Of a stretch of DNA of 64,000 bases, positions 1-10,975 are shown piece after piece. Under the pieces are notes generated by a model. The model was not told where the DNA came from, searched no databases, and was given only the letters and a program-made list of their open reading frames with translations. Position 1 is the first letter of the stretch. Each line of letters opens with the position of its first letter. Location: the NCBI GenBank assembly GCA_949358305.1, contig OX442314.1, positions 1,674,001 to 1,738,000 of the forward strand. The letters run 5' to 3'. Both the position numbers and the translations under genes were made by a program. This DNA is from Strigamia acuminata (taxonomy: Eukaryota).

Positions 1-396
1 CACTCAGCTCCCTTTTTCCCCAAGGAGCCAATCTACCTTGCACAGAGGGGTGGCCAGGGGCCATAGAGCAGTGTGTGGAGTGATGTGGGTCACTGCAGGT
101 GGCCACGGTGTCCAGACGGCACACCCTCTATAAAAATAATAGCAAACTTATAAGAACCTAAACGATGGTTTAACTAATTGTACTGAAAATTGTTCCATAA
201 CACATAATACCTTATACCAAAGCAGGAACATTTTACCCTTATGCCTCCGAAGGATAATCTGAAAACCAACCAGCCCTGATCTTGATGTCGAGCGCTGATG
301 GTTGCACTTTTAATATTCGAAATCAGACCACCAGTTATGGAGGAGATAGACATCGCAGACAGGAAGCAGACTACTCATGACTAATATATTTATTTT

Positions 397-557
397 AACA
401 TAAAACTGTAATATTTCCTGTTAAGAAACATAAAACTGTAATATTTCCTGTTAAAAAATATAAAACTGTAATATTTCCTGTTAAGAAACATAAAACTGTA
501 ATATTTCATGTTAAGAAACTTAAAACTGTAATATTTCATGTTAAGAAACATAAAATT
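397..557. repeat. 30-bp minisatellite (AAACATAAAACTGTAATATTTCCTGTTAAG), about 5 copies
   Basis: Direct tandem repetition visible in the sequence. Confidence 0.9.
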
Positions 558-641
558 GTGTTTAAAAGCAATACATTACAAAAATGAATAAATAAACCGT
601 TAGCAAAGTCTGTCAGAGCTGAGACCAGAAACAGAATCACT

Positions 642-1405
642 AGGTGCATTCAATTCAAAAGGGTTTTTCCCGTTTTCCCCGTTTTCGTCGTTTTCGCCGT
701 TTTCCCACACCGGATGTAGACGCATTTGACGTCACATTTCGAAAATCGGTTTTTTCGAAAACCGTTTTCGTGAAAACCAGAATATCGTGGTTTTCGTGGT
801 TTTAAAATCGTTTTCCCGGGCCGCCATTTTGTAATAGAATAGATCGGCGGTGGAAGCACACACAAAAATGTAGGCCCATTCAATCTATTTGTACAACTAT
901 TATGCCTTCAAGAACGATCGAATTCGGCCAATTTTCGGGCGCATTTGTGCGACGAATGCGGCCAATTTTCGGGCGCATTTGCGCGTCGAATGCGGCCAAT
1001 TTTCGGGCGCATTTGCGCGTCGAATGCGGCCAATTTTCGAGCGCATTTGTGCGTCGAATGCGGCCAATTTTCGGGCGCATTTGCGCGTCGAATGCGGCCA
1101 AATTTTCGGCCGCATTTGCACGATCGAAAGCTGCCGATTTTGGCCGGATCTGTGCGATCGAATGTGGCCGATGTTCGGCTGATTTTCCGTTCCCAAATGA
1201 ATAACAACAATACTATTAATTTTAACAAACCTACATTACGAATGCATTTTGTGATTTGTCATGTGATCATGTGCAGACTGAGCATACTCCATGGCTGTTA
1301 AAAACTGTTGGTAATAACGCTGCTCAATATTTAAAACCGTTTTCATCGTTTTCGGAAAACGACGAAAAACGGTTTTTGAAAGCCATTTTAGAATTGAATG
1401 CACCT
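642..1405. mobile_element. Non-autonomous TIR element (MITE), probably PIF/Harbinger-like, 3-bp TSD ACT
   Basis: 15-bp perfect TIR AGGTGCATTCAATTC (642) / GAATTGAATGCACCT (ends 1405), with imperfect extension. ACT flanks both ends. Removing the element restores the register of the adjacent 23-bp repeat. Confidence 0.75.
925..1120. repeat. 34-bp tandem repeat inside the MITE (CGGCCAATTTTCGGGCGCATTTGCGCGTCGAATG), about 5.5 copies
   Basis: Direct repeats with no spacers. Confidence 0.9.
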
Positions 1406-1770
1406 ACTATCTCTGTGGAAACAGAATCGTTATCTCTGTGGAAACAGAATCGTTATCTCTGTGGAAACAGAATCGTTATCTCTGTGGAAACAGAATCGTT
1501 ATTTCTGTGGACACAGAATCGTTATCTCTGTGGAAACAGAATCGTTATCTCTGTGGAAACAGAATCGTTATCTCTGTGGAAACAGAATCGTTATCTCTGT
1601 GGAAACAGAATCGTTATTTGTGGTAATTGCAAAACTGTCAAACTTGAGACCATAAACAGAATCGTTATTTGTGGTAATTGCAAAACTGTCAGACTTGAGA
1701 CCATAAACAGAATCGTTATTTGTGGTAATTGCAAAACTGTCAGACTTGAGACCATAAACAGAATCGTAAA
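1406..1770. repeat. 23-bp minisatellite (TCTCTGTGGAAACAGAATCGTTA, about 9 copies) grading into a related 51-bp repeat (3 copies)
   Basis: Tandem units visible; both repeats share the AACAGAATCGTTAT core. Confidence 0.9.
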
Positions 1771-2213
1771 ATTTTTGTGGTAATTAATTGCAAAACCGAG
1801 GTAATTGCAAAACGGTCAGACTTAAGTCCACAAACAGAATCGTTATTTCTGTGGTAACTGTATGTCTCAGAAAAACATTCACATACGTGACTCTGATTGG
1901 CGGACTATGCCTTATGATATGGTAAGTATGATGACAGGTGTCAGAGAAAACGTATTATATGGTTAAAGTTCTATGTTCAAAAAATCAATTAGTTTACAGT
2001 GTTAAGTTTATTTTTATTTTTTATTTATTTATTTAAATCTTACTCTATAGTGTTGTATGTAGGGTATCTCTACCGATATTTACTGGTATCAAAAACCGAT
2101 ATTTTTTTTTTTTAAAAAAAATGAATATTGAATACCGACTTTAGTTCGGTATTGGTACCGGTTTTTATTGGGACAACAACGTAACTATTAATTCAACCTT
2201 TTCCCATCTAGAT

Positions 2214-2523
2214 CAGCGGTCGGCAACTGGCGGACCGCGGAAGGTCGAAACTTGGATTGCGGTGACATTTTAGCGACGTTTTTCCCTCGGTTTCTTTGGT
2301 TTTGCGGTGTTTTTTTTCTTGTTTTTCCTGTTTTTATCATGTTTTTTAGGTTTTATTGGTATTTTTTGGGTTGTGTGTGTTTATTGGGGGGTTTATTTGG
2401 TTTTTAAGTGTTTTTTCCATTATCTTAGGATTTTAGTAAAGTTTTTAAGTGTTTTTTTTCTGGACCTCGATAAAAATTTTCAATAGTATCCAGACCCGAC
2501 TTAAAATCACTTGCCGACCCCTA
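2214..2523. mobile_element. hAT-superfamily MITE
   Basis: TIR CAGCGGTCGGCAA / TTGCCGACCCCTA; perfect 8-bp TSD ATCTAGAT at 2206-2213 and 2524-2531. Confidence 0.85.
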
Positions 2524-3221
2524 ATCTAGATGCAGAATCAGAATAAATCGCCGTGTAATAACATGCTCAATCACTGAGACTATCGACAACGATAAGAACG
2601 TAAGCCCCGAGTTTTACGTCGTTCTAGACTGTACACGTTCAGGCATATTTCGTATAATATAAAAAGTTGTTTCTCGATCTTGTTGGTCGGCTGGTCGCGA
2701 TCGGTCTGCTTAGCGCCCTGGTCAAGACAGACTAATGGTCACGGATACACACAAACTTTTCTCGAGAAATGGACAAACGATATGAATTATATTATTTAAA
2801 CGCGACGTTTCCCGGTGGTTGGGACAGCCAAACTTAACCGGTTGGTCATCTGGATTTGAAACTGAATGCAATAAAGGTTGTGAAGGTGATGTGGGCGGTG
2901 GTTGTGATGGTTGTGATGGTGAATACGGATGCAGTTGCTCATTTGATCGTTGATGGCGGAGCTTATCGTTCTTGTTGGTCGAATTGTTGCGACCGATTTC
3001 CGTCTAGTGGTCTACCTGCCGGCAAAATTCAAATTTGTATCAATAAACAAAGACAATTAAAAAATAGCGCGCGCAATTTCAAATTCATCTCATCGAAAAA
3101 TGTCATCGGTTTAAACCCTATTTACATTTTTACACATTAAAACGTCCATTTTTGTATCTGATTTATGCTTTTCTATTTTAAAAGATTCATTTGTCACTTT
3201 ATTTACATTTTTACATCGTAA

Positions 3222-4030
3222 GGTCGTTGGATGTTGCAGTAAGTGCATGTAAGAGCAGCGACAACGACGCAACGGATCGACCGGACATTCCGACATAATT
3301 GCCGTTGACCCCAAGCGATTGCGCGCAGGCGAAGAAAATGACGTTTTAGAGATATTTGATCGTAAATTATTTATTGCCACACTTCACAAGTATCGAACCA
3401 AATTAAAATGCATTCAATTTGTATCTAGAGAGTAACTTTGATCGTATAAACACGCTTCGAGAACTGCATCCGGATTTCGTAGTAGATCCGAATCCGATTT
3501 ACGACTTGCTTGCATCGTAGAGTAAAAATGCCAACAGAAGAAACACCGTAATTGATCGGCTGATCGCCAAACGGCTGAAGGAACCCAAAGAAGCGCCGTT
3601 GTACATCCTGGAGGAAAACAGACAAGTTCGAGGAGTTGCTGAACGATGTGAAGGTGATGAGCAAGTTCGTTCCGAACAAGAGCCGGGAGATGATTTTCAC
3701 GAGAATCCGAACCGGGTGCGCATCGTCATCAACGAGTTGGAGCCGTCTCCAGTGACGAATGAAGCCCCGAATGCCGGGAATAATGGGCCGAAAGCAATCG
3801 CGTCCACTTCGACCGAAAAGAATAACAATGTGTCGGCGACGATGGAAAAAGTCAACTTGATTTTGGAGCTGTTTCCATACGCTGATCCCGAATACCTGCG
3901 ATATTTTGTCAAGCAATAGTCGATTACATCGTGGCGGTCTGGTGGTCTGGTGGTTGGCGAAATCGTCCTTTTCCCAGATTGGCCGAAGCCCAAAAGGCGG
4001 CGACTAAAAGGAATTTATAGAAAGGTTTTA
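3222..4030 (+). pseudogene. Degenerate 5' fragment (exons 1-2) of an RNF216-like paralog
   Basis: Contains NNVSATMEKVNLILELFPYADPEYLR, nearly identical to exon 2 of copy A. Multiple frameshifts and a stop. A B-type upstream element lies at about 2950-3110. Confidence 0.85.
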
Positions 4031-4653
4031 TAGTTATTTGCTTTATTTTGATTGTTTTATGTGTTTTTTGTATCAAGTGCATTCATTAACGCATAAATGG
4101 TCGTTTAAACCCGTTTAAAAGAGGTTTTGAACGAGATTTTCGGTTATTATTATTATTATTTGAGGTGAGCAATTTTGCACCAGTTATTCTTTGTTTACGA
4201 CTAAAGAAGAAGAAGAATGATACTTACGTGTGTAGTTAGGCCTGGAAACAAAAAGAAAAGCGAGGGCGAGGAAACAATGCAGGTCGCTTATTCTCGTTCC
4301 ACGAATAATAATAATAATAATAATGAATATAATAACAATAATATTGCAACTAAAATAATCAAAAAGGATGAGAACGATATAGAACGACGGTCATCTCACA
4401 ACTTTTGGCTCACATTTCCAAATCTAGGCCTGAAAGCCTATTTCGGGTTCTTCTTGCAACAAATGTTTGGCCAGTGGTGGACTTTTCTTCCACTCTGTTG
4501 AAGAACTTGCTCGCATCAAATTTCCAGGTGAACATTCGAGTAATTATTGCAAAAGCCGTTCTAACTTCCCGTTTCATTTCGATCACAGAGTGGAACAGTT
4601 ATGGATATCAACAAAAAAAGCCATCTGATTACTTAATTTAAGAAAGAAAAACG

Positions 4654-7600
4654 ATGAAAAAGGTTACATTTTTTAAATCCGGCGATAGCAGCGACGATGA
4701 CGACGAAGACGGAAACGATGACACCACCGACGACGATGACAACGGAGACGAGGACGGAGACGAAAACGACGACGACGACATTCCATACATTCCTGGGATG
4801 ATCGCAGTTCCGCCCGCGCCACACGACGCAGTTGAAGAAAACAGCGACGACGACGACGACAACGACAACATAACGAATCATCCTTACCTTCCTGGTATGA
4901 TCGCCGTTACTCCCGCGCCACAGCAGAGAGTTGAAGTAAACGACATCACAGAAGTATTTCGTCCTAAATTAATCCAAACAATCAAACAAAATAATTAAAA
5001 TGGAATTAATTTGTATGTAGGATGTGAATTATATCATTAACGGGCTTCGAGTGGTTCACCCGGACTTCTTGGTGGATCGGAACGAAGTTTACGCGATGGT
5101 TGGAGCCGTGGGTCCGAATCCCAACAGAAGAAACATCGTAATCCATCAGTTGATCACCAAATGGCTGGAGCAACCCGCACAAGCGCCGTTGCACATTCCG
5201 GAAGAAAACCAACCGAACAAGTTCAACGATTTGATCAACGATGTTGAGGTCGTGAGCAGATTCGTCCCGAACAAGAGCCGGGAGGAAATCCTCGCGTATC
5301 TGGAGGCGCATCACGGGAATGCAAACCGGGTGCGCTTAGTCATCGGCGAGTTGCTCGATATGAAGGGGATGGCGCCGTCTGCAGTGACGAATAAAGCCCC
5401 GAATTCCGGCAATAACGGGCCGGAAGCAATCGCGTCCTCTTCGACGGAAAAGAATAACAATGTGTCGGCGACGATGGAAAAAGTCAACTTGGTTTTAGAG
5501 CTCTTTCCGGACGCTGATCCGGAATACCTGCGCACTTTTCTGGAGAGATGGAAGAACGATGTGAATTACATAAACGCGACGGTTAACGGGTGGTTGGAAA
5601 GTCGTTCGTATCCCAAGTTGGCCGAAGCTCAAAAGGCGGCGGTCAAGCGGAAATTTGTCGAAAGGTTTTCGCGTTATTTTGTCTATTTTATCTCGTTTTT
5701 ATAGTGTTTCTATGAACAAAGCGCTTTCAATGTTGTTTTTTTCATGATTTGTCGTTGTTTATATTGATTTTTGTAATTATTTTCCACTGAATTTGTTTTG
5801 CAGCAAGTTCAGCGTTGAGGAATTCCTGGAGATGTTCCCGGACCCGGAGAACTACTTCAAAAACAACGACCGAGTCGTGAGTGCATCGTACCGGTTGCAC
5901 GTTGAATGCTACGTCAGTAACCAGTTCCGATACGCGTACAAAGCCGACTTGACGCAAGTGATGGAGAAACACCGTTTCCACCTCACGCCCATCATGAAAG
6001 AGATGAACGCGCTCTGGAACGTTTCCCCCACTGACGGTGAATTCATCAAACGAAAATAAAAAATTGTGACTGTGGGATGGGACGCATGCTCACGTAAATA
6101 AAGACAAGAGAGTCCAGATTGTTGGGTTTGGTGACCTTTAATGCGCTGTCTAGTGGTTGGAGATCCCCGTCTAACTGCCCAATATTTTGGTCATAAATTA
6201 CTTTTAATGATCAGTTTATTGTTGTTTTATTTACTTTATTTTAGCATTATTAGGTCTAACATTAGGCTTAATGCTACTAAATAACAACTGGAATTAGAAA
6301 ATCGCTTGTACAGAATGGGATGCGCAGTAGGAATTTAGCATCAAGATACCGGGCTTACCTCGGGGCCATTGGGCAGTGTGTGTCAGTGACACTTCATACC
6401 TTTGGGTGGCCAAACGGTCACAACATAATCAACTTACTTGATTAATTCGATTAATTACAGAACCGATAATCAAGAAAAGGAGGGAGAACTTGAGGAAAAA
6501 GAAGGTGAAGAGCCCCCTGAAAGTGATGCCGCAACAAATCGACGAACTCTTTTACAAAAAGAAGTTGTTCATCGAGATGGAAGACAGGATCATTCGTACA
6601 GTTTAAAAAGCAAAAATCGTGTCGTGTAAATACATGTCAATTCCTTTTCTAGAATACAAGAAGGACAAGGAGGCGGAACGTCTGACTAAAATCGAAGTGG
6701 CAAAGGCAAACGACGAACTGATGGAGTGCAGTTGCTGCTTCGAGGACGAAGTGCTCATGGAGGACATGCTGCAGTGCACGGACGGGCACTTGTTCTGCAG
6801 ATCGTGCATCCGGCGTAACGCCGAGGTGCAGATCGGCCAGGGCAATTACCACTTCCCGTGCCTTGACCCGTACTGCGAGCGCGAGTTCCCGCCCTTCGTC
6901 CTGCAGAGTGTTTTACCACCAAATGTGTTTTCTAACGTCGTACGCAAAATGCAGGAGGAGGAGATCCGGCGCGCCGACATCCCGGATCTCGAGTCGTGTC
7001 CTCACTGCTCTTTCTGCGCCATCATTCCGGACGCGGACCTCAAGATCTTTCGCTGCCTCAACCCGGAATGTCTCAAAGTCACGTGCAGGTGACGTAAAAA
7101 TGAAAAAAGGAATAAATAAATGCTAATTTAGTTTTGAATGAAGGTTGTGCAAGGAACCGAACCACCTCCCGCTGCGCTGCGACGAGATTGAGCAGAAACC
7201 GGAAGTGCAGTTTCGCACCTACGTAGAGGACCAGATGACGGACGCGTTGGTGCGCACGTGTCCCAAATGCAAGCGGCCCATCGTTAAAGAACACGGCTGC
7301 AACAAAATGACGTGCACGTGCGGCCAGATCTTCTGCTACGTGTGTCGCGAGGCCATCAAGGACTACACGCATTTCGACAACGGAAGGTGAGTTAATGATT
7401 GAAATGGAATGCCAATTAATGAATTACTCCGACTTCAGGTGTCCCAAATTCTCGAACGACGCCGAAATGCATCGGCTGGAGGTGGAGCAGGGCGCCAAGA
7501 AGGCAAAGCAAGAGTACATCGAGACGCATCCGGAAGCGCAGGCGGTCGAGCTGCGCCACGACCCGACCAAAACGCCGTTCGCGGCCGTGCAGAAGTCCCA

Positions 7601-8006
7601 GCAGCAGTACGCGCAAGGCTTCATGCCCATGGTCAACGGGCGTGGCCAAATCGCCTTCCAGCGACTCATGCAGCAGCAGCAAGCCCAAGCCCAACTGATG
7701 GTCGCCGCCAACGCCAATGCCAATGCCATAATCCGACCAGTACAACCTGTGCCGAGGAATCCGCCCAGGCCTCCGCCCAGACTTCCGCCCAAGGCCTTGC
7801 CCAGGACCATGCCCATGCTCTTGCCCAGACCCCCGCCGAGGGCCCTGCCAAGGCTTCCGCTCTGGCCTCTGCTCAGGCCTCCGCCCAGGACCGTGCCCGT
7901 GCTCCCGCCCAGACCCCCACTGAGAACTCTGCTCAGGCCGGTTGCACCAGCGACACAAGCGGCGGACAACGCAGGTACTCGTCGTTTCGTTCGTGCGTCC
8001 AATTAA
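4654..8006 (+). CDS. RNF216: RNF216/TRIAD3-like RBR E3 ubiquitin ligase, copy A, intact, about 852 aa. Exons 4654-4953, 5021-5664, 5804-6036, 6461-6595, 6653-7088, 7144-7386, 7439-8006
   Basis: All introns are GT-AG and phases are compatible (2559 nt). Acidic N-terminus; CUE-like helices (LELFPDADPEYL, FLEMFPDPENYF); RING1 CSCC..CTDGHLFCRSC..CLDPYC; IBR CPHC..CLNPEC..CRLC..H..C; RING2 CPKC..HGCNKMTCTCGQIFCYVC with the catalytic Cys; Pro-rich tail. The motif layout matches RNF216 as I recall it. Confidence 0.9.
6065..6422. mobile_element. Solo LTR in intron 3 of copy A
   Basis: TGTGAC...GTCACA termini. The equivalent inserts in copies C and D show a 4-bp AAAT TSD. Absent from intron 3 of copy B. 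Confidence 0.7.
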
Positions 8007-8308
8007 TGACAACAATTCAATTTGACAGGCAAAAAGAACAACAGGAAGAAGTGAAGCAACTCGTCGTCGTCGTAATTCGTTTTTCTTTGGCATCCAAGGA
8101 CGTTGTGAACACAAACATTCTTCATTGTTTGTTGTTTGAAATAGATGGATTGATTGGTCGTCGTGTACAGAAACAGAAATTCTATTTTACTTCTCACTTT
8201 TATTTTCAATACATAATAAATGACTGTGAACTCGATTTGGAATTTGACTTTATGATTATTTACATGATTAGCACTTCGTATCTTATCAATTCAATTTGAT
8301 TTCTCCAG

Positions 8309-8526
8309 AAGAAGAAGAAGAAGACTTTCAGAGCGATATTTCGTCCGATGCGTGGAACTCGTGCATCGAGTCAACAGAATGCGAATGTAGCGACGAGCAA
8401 AGTTGGTGTCGCTCGGACGAGAACGTTTCGTACGCCTCCTGTCGCGTCGACGACTCCGACTACAGCGACGCTAAATCGGACGTCTTCTACTCCGACAACG
8501 ACTTTGTTCTCAATAAAATCAAATAG
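8309..8526 (+). other. Candidate alternative terminal coding exon of copy A (acidic, Cys-containing)
   Basis: Acceptor TTTCTCCAG at 8308 is phase-compatible with donor CAG|GTACTC at 7974/7975. The same donor/acceptor pair is retained in the fragment near 15246/15603. Confidence 0.45.
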
Positions 8527-8635
8527 ACAAATGTAAAACAATAAATGGATGGACTGCTTTATTTACTAGACCTTGACTAACAAAACAACCTGCAACTAAA
8601 GAGAAGAAATCGAGCATGTAAACAATGTAAACCTA

Positions 8636-8786
8636 CAGTGTAGGCTGCGTAGCCCAGACATAGCACCGTCCGGACAGTTTGGAGGGCCTGATTTGGTCCC
8701 GCCCAATACCCAGAAATATTAAATCTCCTCTCCCGTCCGGACATCCCCTAGACCGGACATATGTCCGGGCTACGCAGCCTACACTG
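8636..8786. mobile_element. Short MITE with TA TSD (Tc1/mariner-type ends)
   Basis: About 27-bp TIR CAGTGTAGGCTGCGTAGCCC(A/G)GACATA; TA on both sides. The paralogous site near 29030-29045 is empty (AAACATATGTT). Confidence 0.8.
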
Positions 8787-9261
8787 TATGTTAAATAAAG
8801 AAAAAGTGATTACAAAATCGGTGTTTTCAAATGGATTTGTTTACTTTGTGGCTCGAGAAAGCAGCTCGGTTTTTATCTTCGACTGGAAACATGGAGGCGC
8901 ATATCGTTTCTGTTGGTCGAATGGTTGCGACCGATCGATCTCCATCTAGCGGTCCATCTGCCGACGTAATTCAACTTTGTATCAACAAACAAACACAAAT
9001 CAAACACAACGGCGCTGAGTTCAGCGCGTGAAATTTCAAATTCATCTCATCGAGCAATGCAAGTTTCGCCTTTCATTTTCGAATGTCGGACGAAAAGGGC
9101 TAAGAGCTTTTCGGCTTCTGTTTAAAAAGAACACGAGATTAAATCAATAAAACCGGCGGTTTTATTAATTTAATTTGATAGCAGCAAATTGGTTCAGGTA
9201 TTTCTGAGTAATTATTTAAACCTCGGATTAATTTAATAACTGGCACTTAAAATACATCCAT

Positions 9262-9900
9262 TTCTGCAGTGCTCGGACGGCCACTTGTTCGGCCGGACAA
9301 TTATATTACCAGTTCCCATGCCTCGACCAGTACTGCGAAAGCGACTTCCCGCCCATCGTTTTGCAGGATGTTTTACCGCCCAATGTGTTTTCTAACGTCG
9401 TACGCACGATGCAGGAGGAGGAGATCCGGCGCACCGACATTCCGGATCTCGAGTCGTGTCCTCACTGCTCGTTCTGCGCCATCATTCCGGACGCGAACCT
9501 CAAGATCTTTCGCTGCCTCAACCCAGAATGCCTCAAAGTGACGTGCAGGTGACGTAAAAAGTTAAAAAAAAAAAATGCTAATTTCGTTTGTAAATTAAGA
9601 TTGTGCAAGGAACCGAACCACCTCCCGCTGCGCTGCGACGAGATCGAGCAGAAAACCGAAGTGCAGATGACGGACAACAACATGGATGCAACTGGATGAC
9701 GTACACGGGCGGCCACGTGTGTCGCGAGACCATCAAGGACTACAAGCATTTCGAGTACGGATGGTGAGTTAATGTTTGATGAGTCACAAAAGTTAATTGA
9801 TCTCATTTCAATTCACTTGTCAAGTGTCCTCAATTTCTCAACGACGATGAACCGCATCGACTGGAGGTGCAGGAGGGCGCCAAGAAGGCGAGGCAAGAAG
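9262..9900 (+). pseudogene. RNF216-like fragment (deleted exons 5-7)
   Basis: VLPPNVFSNVVRTMQEEEIRRTDIPDLESCPHC..KVTCR, with internal deletions and frameshifts. Confidence 0.85.
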
Positions 9901-10585
9901 GAACAGTGCGGACATGACTGGAGGTCCGGGATGTCGGCACACTGGCTCTCCTCCCCCTGAATCTGGCGCATCGATCTCATTGCAACTTAGCGGAAAGTGG
10001 TTTAGTTGTTTACAATCTGCACGTCACTTTGAGACATTGCGGGTTGAGGCAGCGGAAGATCTTGACGTTGGCGTCTGGCATGGTGGTGCAGACACCATTC
10101 GAGGTCCGGGATGTCGGCGCGCTGGATCTCCTCCTCCTGAATCTTGCACATGACGTTGGAGAATACCTCGGGCGGTAAAAGTAAAACGTTCTGAACCACG
10201 ATCGGTGGGAACTCGCTCTTGCAGTATAGGTCGAGGCACGGGAACTCTTACTTGTCCTGGCCGATGTGCACCTCGGCGTGGCGCCAAATATCGGTTGCGC
10301 CGAACAAGTGGCCGTCGGAGCACTGATGCATGTCTTGGATGAACAGCAACTGCACGTCATCAGTTCGTTCTTTACTCGCGCCGTTGCGATTTTTATCTGG
10401 CGCTCCGTTTCTTTGTACTTTTTAAATTCTAGAAGTGAATTAAATGTCATTACATGCCACCATTTTTGTTATTAAAAGCTACACGTGTTTGATTCAGTCT
10501 TCCATCTCATGAACAATTTCTCTCTGTAAGAGAGTTCGTCGATGTCTTGCGGCATGGTCTTCTTTTTCCTCATGGTCTCCCTCAC
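9900..10585 (-). pseudogene. RNF216-like fragment (exons 4-5), convergent with the previous fragment
   Basis: NELMTCSCC and KIFRCLNPQCLKVTCR on the minus strand, with frameshifts. Confidence 0.85.
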
Positions 10586-10789
10586 GGATTTTTAAGATTT
10601 TTGTGCAGATATTAGTGATTAAATTTTAAAAACGATGATTTTCTCATAAAAATTAGCAATTTTTAGAAAAAAATCTAACAAAAAATTAAAAATTTGCCGG
10701 GTTCGAATAAGCGCCGGGGTTCAATTAAAATAAATAAGAAAACTAAATAAATAAGGAAAAAAATTCCTAATTCAAGAAAGTGGATGTCC

Positions 10790-10975
10790 CTAGGCAGACC
10801 AGAGGACGCCTGCGTTGAAATGCGATTGATATTTGGATTCACTATTCCACCTTGAATCAAGTCTCACCTTCTGTTCTGGAAACGCTTATAGTCGGCTACG
10901 AGCTCGTGACACACGTGGCAGAAGTGTTAACATGTTGTTGTAGCTGTGCACCTTGATGATGGGCAACCATTCGAG
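10790..10975 (-). pseudogene. Diverged RNF216-like exon 6/7 remnant
   Basis: Reverse strand reads PIIKVH..FCHVCHELVADYKRFQNR|GTGAG; inverted homolog of 53661-53830. Confidence 0.65.

Noticed and set aside
880..1783. Overlapping ORFs and a CRISPR-like appearance of the 34-bp and 23-bp arrays
   Set aside because: Pure tandem repeats without unique spacers, no cas genes, eukaryotic context; the ORFs are repeat artefacts.
7409..8299. 296-aa alternative-frame ORF and antisense ORFs over exon 7
   Set aside because: GC-rich shadow frames of the RBR gene, with no independent motif support.
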